From an uncultured virus (IMG/VR IMGVR_UViG_3300042397_001164) (Duplodnaviria; Heunggongvirae; Uroviricota; Caudoviricetes; Crassvirales): DNA of 20,000 bases. The stretch's first letter is position 1; the number at the start of each line of letters is the position of its first letter. A program made the translations under genes and the position numbers. Shown here in pieces: positions 1 through 9,115 of the stretch. The DNA lies in the IMG/VR virus record IMGVR_UViG_3300042397_001164, one strand, 5' to 3'. The notes beneath the pieces are model-generated. The model was not told the origin of the DNA. It saw only the letters and a program-made list of their open reading frames with translations, and made no database searches.

Positions 1-672
1 AGCCATATCAGGAGATACAGGGAACTCATAATATGTTTCAGCCATTTGTGCTAAGTCGGTATTGCTCCAACCATCACGAATTTCTGTTACATAGTTATCA
101 TATCTTTGATCCAATTGGATTAAAGGATTGATTTGAGTTGAAGCTTCACCAGCATCAGCGTCACCGCCAAATAATAAAACTTCACCAGCAAGTAATGAGT
201 TAACACCAGCTGAAGCAAAACGCTGACTAGTTTGCTTAGGAGCAACTTCAAATGTGAAAGCATAAGGAGTTGTATCATCAATTGAGATAATAACACCCTC
301 TACGTTTGAAGAAGCAACACGCAATGTTTCTTTTAATCTAAGTGGAGATTGAGTACCATTGTTATAGTACGCTTCTTGACCAAGAGTTAAAGTTAAAGTT
401 GAGCCAACACCTGCTGCTACTGTATTTTCGTTTGTAACACCCGGCATTAATTTACCGCGGTTTTCAAACCAGAAGTAGTTTAAGTTTTTAACTTCTTCCA
501 TGCCGCTATGAGCTGCTAACCACCAAGTAAAATCTTCGTTACCGTACTTTTGAGTGTACTGCTTGTAGTACTGTGGGGTTAATAATTGTAAGTCAACCAT
601 CAGTTGACGATTCTGTGACTGGAGCGATATTGCACCCGGTTGCAGAATATTAGAGGTAGGTATTCCTGCCAT
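1..672 (-). CDS. Major capsid protein, N-terminal 224 aa (runs off the left edge; not in the ORF track)
   Basis: Hand translation from ATG at 672 is open to base 1: MAGIPTSNILQPGAISLQSQNRQLMVDLQLLTPQYYKQYTQKYGNEDF...NYFWFENRGKL...GGDADAGEASTQ...YDNYVTEIRDGWS. It lies directly after portal and scaffold genes, has F/Y-x-W-x-E and GE motifs of HK97-fold capsids, and favours TAC/AAC/CGT/GGT codons. Confidence 0.8.
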   Translation of the reverse strand, partial: MAGIPTSNILQPGAISLQSQNRQLMVDLQLLTPQYYKQYTQKYGNEDFTWWLAAHSGMEEVKNLNYFWFENRGKLMPGVTNENTVAAGVGSTLTLTLGQEAYYNNGTQSPLRLKETLRVASSNVEGVIISIDDTTPYAFTFEVAPKQTSQRFASAGVNSLLAGEVLLFGGDADAGEASTQINPLIQLDQRYDNYVTEIRDGWSNTDLAQMAETYYEFPVSPDMA

Positions 673-720
673 AATATTTAGTTTTTAATCTTAACACCTT
701 CTCCAAGGGCAATATTTAAG

Positions 721-1914
721 TTACGAACTAAAAGCCCAGTTAGCCAATTGCTCCTGAATAGCAGCATTTGGATTTAGACTTGGAGCCGTTCCTTGCGGAG
801 TGGGGGTTTGGTTAAGGTTAATGTTACCACTTTTCTTTAAATGAGCAAGCAATCTTTGAGATGCTGCTTCATTTGCTACCTTTTGCAAAATTCTAGGCAA
901 ATTCTCAAGAACATATTTGTCGGCCATTATTTGTCTTACATTTGGCTTTCCTTCCTCGTTAAACCATCTGTTTTCTAAATAAGCTTCGCCATCAAAATCT
1001 GATAGTTCTTGCTTCAATGCTAATCTCTCATCTTCCGCTACATTAAATGAAATCGGTATTTCAACATCATCGTCTTTTACCGAAACATTAAACCCATTGA
1101 AAGATTGAAATTCAGAATCCAGCGTTCTTTCATAAACAGACCTAGCTTGTTGCAAATATTCAAATTCCTCTTGATATTCCGCTTCTCTACCGGCCTCATT
1201 ATAAATATCTGGTAGTTTTATTTCACTTTTTAATTTCTCTATTTCTGGTCTAAGCACTTTTGCTTCAATCATCAGACGTTTCTCTGTGTAATCAGCTTGT
1301 GCCTGCCATGTCTTTAACTTATCAGCATAATCCTCATCAGTTTCATCATAACCTTGTTCAGGTTTCAAAGGTACGAAAAATTGGTCATAAAATAAAAGAT
1401 CAACTTCATCAGCACTTAAATCCTTAAACTTGTTTTGAATATTTGTTTTCACAATTTCAGCCGCTATTTCAGTTGTTAGTTCTGATGTAGTAAGTTTTTC
1501 AAGTTTTTTTTGCTCATTTAGAATTTGGTAAACATCATCTGTTTTACCTTCTCTAATTGCATCAAACAAAGTTCTACTAACATCATCAGAAAAATCAAAA
1601 CTAGGAGCTTGCTCCCTTTCTTCAATTAATCTCATGAACTCTTTCTCTGCTTCATCTACTGTATCAAATCCAAATCTTTCTTTTATAAAAGAATCTGGAT
1701 TAAAAGTAGAATAATCGGCCTGTTGTGTTTGTTGATTATCACTAACAATTGAATCCGGAGATGTGTTAGGTGAATTATCAACGATTTGTTGTTCATTTGC
1801 AGTAGGGGCTACTTCTACTTGCGGTTGCACTTGAGGCACAACATCTTCATCCGAAAACGGATTGTAACCTTCTGCCAGCTTTATTGGAGCTGACATGTCT
1901 TGATTTTCTAGCAT
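721..1914 (-). CDS. Acidic protein upstream of the capsid gene, putative scaffolding/head assembly protein
   Basis: 397 aa, very D/E/Q-rich, low-complexity N-terminus, helical body; canonical position between portal and MCP. Confidence 0.6.
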   Translation of the reverse strand: MLENQDMSAPIKLAEGYNPFSDEDVVPQVQPQVEVAPTANEQQIVDNSPNTSPDSIVSDNQQTQQADYSTFNPDSFIKERFGFDTVDEAEKEFMRLIEEREQAPSFDFSDDVSRTLFDAIREGKTDDVYQILNEQKKLEKLTTSELTTEIAAEIVKTNIQNKFKDLSADEVDLLFYDQFFVPLKPEQGYDETDEDYADKLKTWQAQADYTEKRLMIEAKVLRPEIEKLKSEIKLPDIYNEAGREAEYQEEFEYLQQARSVYERTLDSEFQSFNGFNVSVKDDDVEIPISFNVAEDERLALKQELSDFDGEAYLENRWFNEEGKPNVRQIMADKYVLENLPRILQKVANEAASQRLLAHLKKSGNINLNQTPTPQGTAPSLNPNAAIQEQLANWAFSS

Positions 1915-1938
1915 AAATGCTTATTTTGTTTTTCGTTA

Positions 1939-2202
1939 TTAATCTATAACTATAGAGCCATCTACATCAATTGTAATGGCATACTTAACACCAGTATTTG
2001 TTAACAACTGAACACCATACCAATCGGAACCGTTTCCATATACTGGTTGTATTAAGTCACTTTCAGTATATAGAATATTAGCACTACTCAAAGTTGCGGT
2101 AGTTGCATAAACTATTCTGGTTCCTTGTAAAACACCAACATTATATGCTTCTGAAGCTGTTGGGTATGTATTTTTAGATAAAACGTATGCGTAACTTGCC
2201 AT
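1939..2202 (-). CDS. Small putative virion structural protein
   Basis: 87 aa, T/V/Y/G-rich, predicted beta-rich, inside the head operon, A-rich leader. Confidence 0.55.
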   Translation of the reverse strand: MASYAYVLSKNTYPTASEAYNVGVLQGTRIVYATTATLSSANILYTESDLIQPVYGNGSDWYGVQLLTNTGVKYAITIDVDGSIVID

Positions 2203-2213
2203 TTTATTTTATT

Positions 2214-2561
2214 TTAAGCTATTTTTAAATATTTACCAATAATGCCAAATGCCACGATGCCACTTGCATTAATTGATGATACGTCTGTTTTAGTAGCTAA
2301 ATTAACACCTAAAACAGTAACCCAGTTAATAGGAACTTGTGGAGCTGGTAATAACTGACCTTCAATTGAACCATCATCATTCGTTGTGGTAAAATTTATT
2401 GCGCCAGAAGGAGTTACTACTTGAACTACAGCTGAGTCCCAACCAGATAAATCTTGATAAAAACTACTATTAGCATTAAAAGAATCAGTTGCATCTACAA
2501 CTGTGCTAATTTTAGAACTAAATTTTTGAAGTCTTATTAAGAGCTTGTTTACCGTTGCCAT
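2214..2561 (-). CDS. Small putative virion structural protein
   Basis: 115 aa, S/T/V/G-rich, between portal and scaffold; leader nearly identical to that of the 1939..2202 gene. Confidence 0.55.
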   Translation of the reverse strand: MATVNKLLIRLQKFSSKISTVVDATDSFNANSSFYQDLSGWDSAVVQVVTPSGAINFTTTNDDGSIEGQLLPAPQVPINWVTVLGVNLATKTDVSSINASGIVAFGIIGKYLKIA

Positions 2562-2583
2562 TTTATTTTTATTTTAAGTTTAT

Positions 2584-4980
2584 TTATTCTTGTGTTACCA
2601 TTTCTTCTTGTAATTGCATTTCTTCTTGAGGTGGCATTGCACCTTCTTCCATTTGCTGCTGTTCCATTTGTTGTTGTTCAGCCATCCTTTGTTGTTCTAA
2701 AGCTTGCTGCTGCTGCTCATTTTGAACCGATATAGGAACAATTACATTCTGCAACATACTTGCTACTAACGTCTGAAGCTCAGAAGGAACAGGAATATTT
2801 GCTTTTGCTAAATCAAATACTCCTTGTAAAATAATTTCTTTTTCTTTCGTTAAAGCTTTTTGTTGCTCAATAGAACTATCTGCTTGCATTTTTGCTTGTA
2901 TACTAGCCTGCTGAGCTTCTGCATTTTGCTGAGAATTAATCATAGCCTTTTCTTGCTCGGCTTTTATATATCTTTTTTGAGCTTGTCTAAAATACAATTC
3001 ACCCAATTCTACATTTTCTTTAGCCATTCTCATTGCCTTAAATGGATCTAAATAAATAACCAATTGAGGATTAGATGCAACAGCATTATTCATCATTGCC
3101 TGTAATGTTGCAACCTGAACATCATCAGGCATCATCTTTATAGAAGCAACAAAATTTCTATCTTTTACATCTTCCTCATTTAATAAATCTCTATATTTTT
3201 TAGAACCATGAGTAACACTTTTATTAATTAAACATGCCACTTTTTTGGCTGTTTCTTCCATAACATAAATATATGCATCATACATATACTCTGTTGCATT
3301 ATTAGCAAGAACTCTTGAAGCTTCAATATTAGAAGCAGCAACTCTTGGTTGCGCAGCCTGATTCATTAAATTAGGATCTTCACCTAACTCATCTTTTAGA
3401 ACTTGATAATGGAATTGATATAACTGAATTAACGCCTGTAATTGAGGTGAAAAACCTGTATTAGCCAACTCAGTAATAGGAACCGGAATACGATTACCTT
3501 CAGCATCTCTACCGCGATAATAAAGCTTACCTGTTTGTTCCCATATTTTTTGAACGTCAATTGGCTTAACAGAATCACCTAGACCTAAGTCAAGTTCCTG
3601 AAGCGCATCAACATCAATTGCTGCACCTGCTGGTACCATTTTAGCTACAAGTTGTTGTATCTTTAATCTAGCTAAAATCATTTGCTCAATAGGCTCTTCA
3701 ATTTTTTCGGGTACAGCTACGTTACGCATGTCATAAGGATCATACATATAAAAGCTATAAGAAAACTCAGCGTTACCTATTTCTTTTGGATCTTGTGGAC
3801 GGATCATGTTTTTCTTGATACCCCAATGAAGCATTGTTTGCGTTACTGGGCAATAAACTCCATGATAAATGTTCCACTTCTTTTCCTCTAAATATTCTTG
3901 ATTTTCATCTAACTTCTCTGGCTTACCTTTCTTAATAATAGTACTACCGTTCTTTTTTGTTTTAGTTACAGTATAACCATCAGAATCAAGTGTACGAATT
4001 TCAAAATTAACTAAATCAATATTCCACTCATCGTAAGGTCTTAGCCAAGAAACATTCCAATCTTGCATCCACTTAATCTTATCTGTAAGTTGATACTCTT
4101 TTGATGATTGAGCTAATTGGAAAATATCTTCTTCAGAAAGTATTCCTCCTGCTGCTTTACTATACCTTGCTCTTATTTCACTAATTTTCATTGAAAGGAC
4201 ATGTCCTCTATAAGTAGTATCTCTAAAATCAGGAAAATCAGAATATGAATAAATTGCGTTTTCAGGTCTAATCCATTGAACATGAACTTCTCCTTCTTCA
4301 TCCATCCAAGTATATGTACACACTAATCCAACTTCTGCTGAATCATGTAACAGTCTTTGTTTTAAAACATCATTCCAACCATTAGCTTCAAAAACATTGT
4401 TACAACCAATGCTGTACAATATTTCTTCAGGTAAATGATTAAACTCCATTATCCATTGATCTAACTCATCCCTATCTTCTGCAACAAATTTATCTTTTGG
4501 AATAATCTCAACACCAGACTCTTGCTGAAGCTGAGCAAGTGTTTCTTTATTTTTGTATAAAAATTCAGCTTCATCTGCTTGTCTTTGTTTTAGCATTGCA
4601 GATGCGGAATCATTAGCAGAAACTGTGATTTTTTCTTTGCGACTCATCCATGAACCAACTAATCTAGCAACAATAGTATTACCAATGATAATTGATTTCC
4701 AGTTAATATTTACAAAATTGGCTTTAGCATTCATTTCCAATCGGTCCATAAACACGCTCATGTCTACCTTACCGTTAGCAATTTGTCTGTTTTTTCTAAA
4801 TCTATTGTTTCTTAACCAAAAATAAGTTTGGTTACCATAAATTGTAGAATAGATATTTTGGGCAACATTTTTACCGTATAAATAATCTTTTTTAGACGCT
4901 ATATCAGTAGTAATTTGGAAGTCTTTAAGTGACTGCCCACTACTATTTGCCGAGGATATGTATAAAGGACTCTCTGCCAA
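2584..4980 (-). CDS. Portal protein (~800 aa, crAss-like/podovirus type)
   Basis: Large ORF directly after TerL with a long Q-rich coiled-coil C-terminus. The ORF track begins at TTG 5001, but that codon lies inside a promoter box, so TTG at 4980 is the more plausible start. Confidence 0.85.
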   Translation of the reverse strand: MAESPLYISSANSSGQSLKDFQITTDIASKKDYLYGKNVAQNIYSTIYGNQTYFWLRNNRFRKNRQIANGKVDMSVFMDRLEMNAKANFVNINWKSIIIGNTIVARLVGSWMSRKEKITVSANDSASAMLKQRQADEAEFLYKNKETLAQLQQESGVEIIPKDKFVAEDRDELDQWIMEFNHLPEEILYSIGCNNVFEANGWNDVLKQRLLHDSAEVGLVCTYTWMDEEGEVHVQWIRPENAIYSYSDFPDFRDTTYRGHVLSMKISEIRARYSKAAGGILSEEDIFQLAQSSKEYQLTDKIKWMQDWNVSWLRPYDEWNIDLVNFEIRTLDSDGYTVTKTKKNGSTIIKKGKPEKLDENQEYLEEKKWNIYHGVYCPVTQTMLHWGIKKNMIRPQDPKEIGNAEFSYSFYMYDPYDMRNVAVPEKIEEPIEQMILARLKIQQLVAKMVPAGAAIDVDALQELDLGLGDSVKPIDVQKIWEQTGKLYYRGRDAEGNRIPVPITELANTGFSPQLQALIQLYQFHYQVLKDELGEDPNLMNQAAQPRVAASNIEASRVLANNATEYMYDAYIYVMEETAKKVACLINKSVTHGSKKYRDLLNEEDVKDRNFVASIKMMPDDVQVATLQAMMNNAVASNPQLVIYLDPFKAMRMAKENVELGELYFRQAQKRYIKAEQEKAMINSQQNAEAQQASIQAKMQADSSIEQQKALTKEKEIILQGVFDLAKANIPVPSELQTLVASMLQNVIVPISVQNEQQQQALEQQRMAEQQQMEQQQMEEGAMPPQEEMQLQEEMVTQE

Positions 4981-4998
4981 TTTGAATATATTTTGTGT

Positions 4999-5006
4999 CA
5001 AATATA
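4999..5006 (-). promoter_or_regulatory. Bacteroidota sigma70 -7 promoter box (TATATTTG) for the portal/capsid genes
   Basis: caaatata on + equals TATATTTG on -, matching TAnnTTTG, in the TerL-portal gap. Confidence 0.6.
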
Positions 5007-5037
5007 CTAAATCTCCAGAATTTAATAAAAATTTTAA

Positions 5038-7086
5038 TTAATTAAAAGAAGGAACGTAGCTTTTTACCAATGGTTCTCTCTTTGGCTGTTTTATAATAGG
5101 CTCCATTAAACAAACTATAAGCATCAAAAATGACACAGTTATGTCATAGTCTGTTCTATTATTTGGATCAAATTTTTTGGCATCTTCTAGTAAATTCTCA
5201 AAATCTATAGAATTTATATGAGATTCAAAGTACATAATACCAACATCCGCTTGTTTTGTTAAACTAAATGGAGTAGTAGGGAATCCCTTGTATCTTTCTG
5301 CTGTTTCTCTTTTTGATGGATCTATTGTAGAAATAGGGTAAGAACCTAAATACCCAACTCTGCCTCTTTCCCTAAAATAAGATAAATAATCATCACTATT
5401 ATGCTCATACCAAGCTTGATAACCATAATATTCAGCAGCCAAAAGTACCTGTTCGTGCAATGTTTCTTTGATATGCGGCCTTCCATACAAATGCCCTATA
5501 GCCTTACCAGTATTAGATGGATCTAACAAATTGTACCTTCTGCCAATCCAAGCTGATGCCTTAGATCCATATTTACCTCCTTGACTATTACTATATCCGT
5601 CAATTGCGATAGCGCCATCATCTGTCCTTCCGGGCTTTTTTGTTCTAATATCAAACACATGGCTGTTCTCTTTTCCAACAGGTGGGAATTGAGTAATAAC
5701 CCAATGAAAATCTTCTTCTTTTTCATTGATATTTCTCCATTTGACAGTTTGGTCAATATCTCTGTAAAATACAATATGACGCTTTAATACAGGGTTTTCT
5801 TTTAAATAAGACTCTCTTGCGCTAATATTCATTACATTAAATATACAGCCGTCAGCATCTGTACTAAATGCCTCATCAATCGTTAGTGGCTCTTTTCTAA
5901 TACGAGCCGATAATGCTCTTGGGTTATTTTTAACTGTTTCCCTATCTGCTTCAATTTGCAATAAAGTTTTTTCTTCATCTGGAAATCCAAAATCATCAAA
6001 GTTTCTTGTTCTTTTAGCAGACATAAAAAATCTATACAAACCACTTGATGTAGCTCCATTTTGTTGTCTTTTCTCCTGATTACTTTCTTCCCATAACAAC
6101 TTAAATGCATCCTGAACTCCATCTTTTTCAGATGTAAGCTTTTCTACAGTAGTAGTATAAAGAGCTTTACCAATGATTTTACCTTCATCATCTAATAAGC
6201 AATAACGAACAACCTCGTGTCTATCATATACGTTTACTTCAGTTGTTTTACCACACTCGTCCGCTACATATCTATGCAACTTCTGTCCATCATAAGCTAC
6301 TGTATCAGCAGACTGATGGTCAATAACTGAACCTAATTCATCTTTATCTACATTCTCCTCTGCCTTCTTTCCTCTTACGTTTGTTTTCTGAAATCTCATT
6401 TCAGACTTTGGATTAACCCCCAAAGACATATCATATTCAGGTCTAAAAAACTTAGGAAGCCTCCTAAATGGATTCACAACTGTCTTAGCAAAGAACTTCT
6501 TAGCATCAGAACCTGTTTTAGATTGAATACCACCATTTGTCATTTTAGTTCTGGTAGTATATTCTGTAACAAACAAACCAGCCACAAAAGACTTACCAAA
6601 ACGTCTTTTTGTAACCTCAAGCATGCCCATACAAAGCGGATCCTGTATGCAATAATCCATAAAATAGAACTTTTCTAGGTCTGGCATCCTGAATTTAGGA
6701 TATCCAATATCTATACTCCACCATTGCAAATACAAATAGTGCATGCCAGTTAAATAAGTCGGCTTGCCATTATTCATGTACCAAAAACCATTTAATCTTC
6801 TATCCCACTCTTGCTTCTTAAATTCTTCCAGCTTCTCATCATAGAACTCCGGAGCCTCATCTTTTTTCTTTTTATCATACTCATCCCATTCTTTCATAGT
6901 ATCTGCATACCAAGATGGTAGCGGTATTCTTTTCCAGTATTGCTCTGATTGAACATCTGACCTTTGATAAACACCTCTAAACTCAACCTGCTTAGTCAAT
7001 ATATTGAATACATATCCTTCAGGTGGAAGATTACAATCTAACCCCTGAATGTGAATCGTGGAACCTTTTTCAATTTTTTCGTACAT
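5038..7086 (-). CDS. terL: Terminase large subunit
   Basis: 682 aa; Walker A region KRRFGKSF, Walker B YVADECGK, coupling motif YTTT, RNase H-like nuclease acidic residues (AIDGY, WYEHN, DYDITVS); upstream of portal. Confidence 0.92.
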   Translation of the reverse strand: MYEKIEKGSTIHIQGLDCNLPPEGYVFNILTKQVEFRGVYQRSDVQSEQYWKRIPLPSWYADTMKEWDEYDKKKKDEAPEFYDEKLEEFKKQEWDRRLNGFWYMNNGKPTYLTGMHYLYLQWWSIDIGYPKFRMPDLEKFYFMDYCIQDPLCMGMLEVTKRRFGKSFVAGLFVTEYTTRTKMTNGGIQSKTGSDAKKFFAKTVVNPFRRLPKFFRPEYDMSLGVNPKSEMRFQKTNVRGKKAEENVDKDELGSVIDHQSADTVAYDGQKLHRYVADECGKTTEVNVYDRHEVVRYCLLDDEGKIIGKALYTTTVEKLTSEKDGVQDAFKLLWEESNQEKRQQNGATSSGLYRFFMSAKRTRNFDDFGFPDEEKTLLQIEADRETVKNNPRALSARIRKEPLTIDEAFSTDADGCIFNVMNISARESYLKENPVLKRHIVFYRDIDQTVKWRNINEKEEDFHWVITQFPPVGKENSHVFDIRTKKPGRTDDGAIAIDGYSNSQGGKYGSKASAWIGRRYNLLDPSNTGKAIGHLYGRPHIKETLHEQVLLAAEYYGYQAWYEHNSDDYLSYFRERGRVGYLGSYPISTIDPSKRETAERYKGFPTTPFSLTKQADVGIMYFESHINSIDFENLLEDAKKFDPNNRTDYDITVSFLMLIVCLMEPIIKQPKREPLVKSYVPSFN

Positions 7087-7087
7087 A

Positions 7088-7474
7088 TTATGAGCGTTTG
7101 CCTGCTAATTCACCAATTTCATCAGCAACACTTTCTGGTGAAAAAGGTCTTTTATTTATTACAACAGCCTCTTTTTTACTTTCTTTTCCTTCCTGATTAA
7201 TCCCAGCGGATATTTCTAATGCTCTAATAGATTCAGTAATTGTACCAGCTTCAGACCAAAGTTTCTGAAGTCTTTCAAATGATTTATCTTTTGGATCAAT
7301 TAATTCAATATCCAATAAATTAATCCTATTCAATAACTCAGCCATTTCATTTGCCTTCCTTTGCAAACTATAATAAAGCTTAATTGCACCATCTTGTTCA
7401 TAATAAGCTAGTTTACCCATTAAATAGGCATTTGATTTTTCTAACTCTTTTATTTTTTGCTCTAATTCAGACAT
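7088..7474 (-). CDS. Coiled-coil protein, putative terminase small subunit
   Basis: 128 aa, helical; ends 1 nt before the TerL start; call rests on position only. Confidence 0.45.
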   Translation of the reverse strand: MSELEQKIKELEKSNAYLMGKLAYYEQDGAIKLYYSLQRKANEMAELLNRINLLDIELIDPKDKSFERLQKLWSEAGTITESIRALEISAGINQEGKESKKEAVVINKRPFSPESVADEIGELAGKRS

Positions 7475-8157
7475 ATTACGTCAGGGGTTGTTATTACTAA
7501 TCTTGATGCATCAGAAATTCCATATCCAATTAAAACTTCATTGTTAATTACTCTTGATGTTAAATTATGATCAATAGCAATTACCTCATTCCTTTCATGG
7601 CCTTCTGGATAATATCTTAATCTAATTATTTTACCTTCAGTGCCATCATCATTTTGATAAATAATTTCATAATCACTTGATATTAATGTAGTTACAACCT
7701 TCCCGATTAAATCTCCACTTGTAACATATATTTTATTTTTAATCAAAGTAGGTGGTATGCCTTCTAAAAATCCATTATACGGCTCAAAAACTCTTAACCC
7801 TGTAACAAAATTATTAAGTGGCTGCCAAGCTTGATTTTGACCATTTCTCCATAAGAAACATTCTTCAATAGGTATTGAGAAATACTGAATATCTGAAGAT
7901 GCCTCAGCTGTTGGTCTTAAATAATTAAAAAGCTTGTATGTGTCGTGCGTAGCATTATGATGTATCAGTATTTCAGCACCTTCAGGAATATCCTTAGCTG
8001 CCACAACTGTTGCGTTTACTGGTTTAACGTAACGCATATTAAAATTATCATAAACTCTTTCAAGCTTAATTTTAGTACCATCCTTGAAAGTATGGCTGTT
8101 TTTACTTTCTAAATCAACTTTAATAATAACTCTATTTGACGGAGCGATTAATTTCAT
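7462..8157 (-). CDS. GroES-like co-chaperonin with two tandem GroES-like domains
   Basis: N-terminus MKLIAPSNRVIIKV and internal WQPLNNFV both resemble the GroES PLxDRV motif; 231 aa is about two GroES domains; first gene of the head operon. Confidence 0.6.
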   Translation of the reverse strand: MKLIAPSNRVIIKVDLESKNSHTFKDGTKIKLERVYDNFNMRYVKPVNATVVAAKDIPEGAEILIHHNATHDTYKLFNYLRPTAEASSDIQYFSIPIEECFLWRNGQNQAWQPLNNFVTGLRVFEPYNGFLEGIPPTLIKNKIYVTSGDLIGKVVTTLISSDYEIIYQNDDGTEGKIIRLRYYPEGHERNEVIAIDHNLTSRVINNEVLIGYGISDASRLVITTPDVICLN

Positions 8158-8174
8158 ATTTAATTAATTTAATT

Positions 8175-8204
8175 CAAAGGTAGTGATTTTATTAACTTAA
8201 TCAA
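8175..8204 (-). promoter_or_regulatory. Bacteroidota promoter TTG-N19-TACCTTTG driving the packaging/head operon
   Basis: caaaggta at 8175-8182 and caa at 8202-8204 on +, 19-nt spacer. Confidence 0.75.
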
Positions 8205-8226
8205 TTTTTAATTGCATAAAATGCAT

Positions 8227-8234
8227 TATATTTG
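8227..8234 (+). promoter_or_regulatory. Bacteroidota -7 promoter box TATATTTG for the paralogous gene pair
   Basis: Exact TAnnTTTG about 45 nt upstream of ATG 8279, divergent from the 8175 promoter. Confidence 0.7.
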
Positions 8235-8278
8235 TATTGCCCAAAAAAAAATTCATAACAATAAAAACAATTTAAAAA

Positions 8279-8656
8279 ATGGCAAATCATTTATCAGTTT
8301 ATGTTTATCGTAGAAATCAATACGATTTAACAAATCCTAACGGTACTGCTGCAACTAGCGGTGTTTTATTTTCTTTACCAACAGCCGACTTACAGGTTCA
8401 ACCATCTACAGTTGTAGCAAATGGTGTACAGATGAACTCTTTAATTCTCATCTATCCTAGTGGTTTAAATCAACCAGCTGAAAAATTATACAGCAATGCA
8501 ACTGTTGCTGGATTAATTGCAGCTATTAACGGTAGTGGTATTGCTACAACAACAACTACGACTACAACAACATCTACCACAACAACAACCACAGCGGCTC
8601 CAACCACAACAACAACCACAGCGGCTCCAACCACAACAACAACCACAGCAGCTTAA
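8279..8656 (+). CDS. Hypothetical (possibly virion) protein with C-terminal poly-Thr tail; paralogue of 8693..8956
   Basis: 125 aa; shares YRRNQYDLxNPNGTxATSG and VANGVxMNS...PxGLNQ with the next gene. Confidence 0.8.
   Translation: MANHLSVYVYRRNQYDLTNPNGTAATSGVLFSLPTADLQVQPSTVVANGVQMNSLILIYPSGLNQPAEKLYSNATVAGLIAAINGSGIATTTTTTTTTSTTTTTTAAPTTTTTTAAPTTTTTTAA
8576..8652 (+). repeat. 27-bp tandem repeat (2 perfect copies plus 1 partial) encoding TTTTTTAAP
   Basis: accacaacaacaaccacagcggctcca at 8576 and 8603, partial copy at 8630. Confidence 0.9.
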
Positions 8657-8692
8657 TAAAAACAATTAAAAAACAAATAAAAACATTATAAA

Positions 8693-8956
8693 ATGGCACA
8701 AATAGTATCAATAACCGCATATCGCAGAAATCAATACGATTTATTAAACCCTAACGGAACTCCAGCAACGTCTGGTATTGCTTACGGATTCCCAGTTGAA
8801 GGATTTGTAGCTTACCCAGCTCCTTCTGGAACAGTAGCAAACGGAGTAACTATGAACTCAATAGTTGAAGTATCACCTACTGGCTTAAATCAAGTACCAG
8901 TATTGTTTTATACAACTTCTACTGTAGCACAAATTAATTCAGCTGCAAACGCTTAA
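8693..8956 (+). CDS. Hypothetical (possibly virion) protein, tail-less paralogue of 8279..8656
   Basis: 87 aa, full-length similarity to the N-terminal domain of the upstream gene. Confidence 0.8.
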   Translation: MAQIVSITAYRRNQYDLLNPNGTPATSGIAYGFPVEGFVAYPAPSGTVANGVTMNSIVEVSPTGLNQVPVLFYTTSTVAQINSAANA

Positions 8957-8963
8957 ATAAATT

Positions 8964-8990
8964 AGGCCCCTATTTTTTAGGGGCTTTTTT
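8964..8990 (+). terminator. Rho-independent terminator between convergent operons
   Basis: gccccta-ttttt-taggggc hairpin followed by tttttt. Confidence 0.75.
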
Positions 8991-9113
8991 ATTTTCTTTA
9001 TATACTGTTTTTAGATTTTTGTAGATTCTTTCTGCATCATCAATAGTCTTGCCTGAACCGGCAGCTAGGGCAACAGATAATCTTCTTAGTTTTTTGGCGG
9101 CTTTGTTATTCAT
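8970..9113 (-). CDS. Small basic hypothetical protein (47 aa)
   Basis: MNNKAAKKLRRL...; ATG at 9113 lies just after the upstream stop at 9116 and is preferred over the overlapping start at 9191. Confidence 0.6.
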   Translation of the reverse strand: MNNKAAKKLRRLSVALAAGSGKTIDDAERIYKNLKTVYKENKKAPKK

Positions 9114-9115
9114 AG

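Noticed and set aside
2584..2960. CAG/CAA-rich repeats at the portal 3' end
   Set aside because: Explained by the Gln-rich coiled-coil tail common in podovirus-type portals
2860..6122. Short ORFs 2860+, 3682+, 4553+, 5523-, 5581+ and 5883- in the track
   Set aside because: Antisense or out-of-frame shadows entirely inside portal and terL; no motifs or initiation context
5038..7086. Intein or intron in the long terminase gene
   Set aside because: ORF is continuous, with no C/S...HN splice motifs or LAGLIDADG/HNH insert evident; length fits large Bacteroidota-phage terminases
8545..8652. ACA-rich repeats as a possible CRISPR array or DGR repeat
   Set aside because: Contiguous in-frame coding repeats with no spacers; no cas or reverse transcriptase gene; the paralogues differ at all base types, not only adenines
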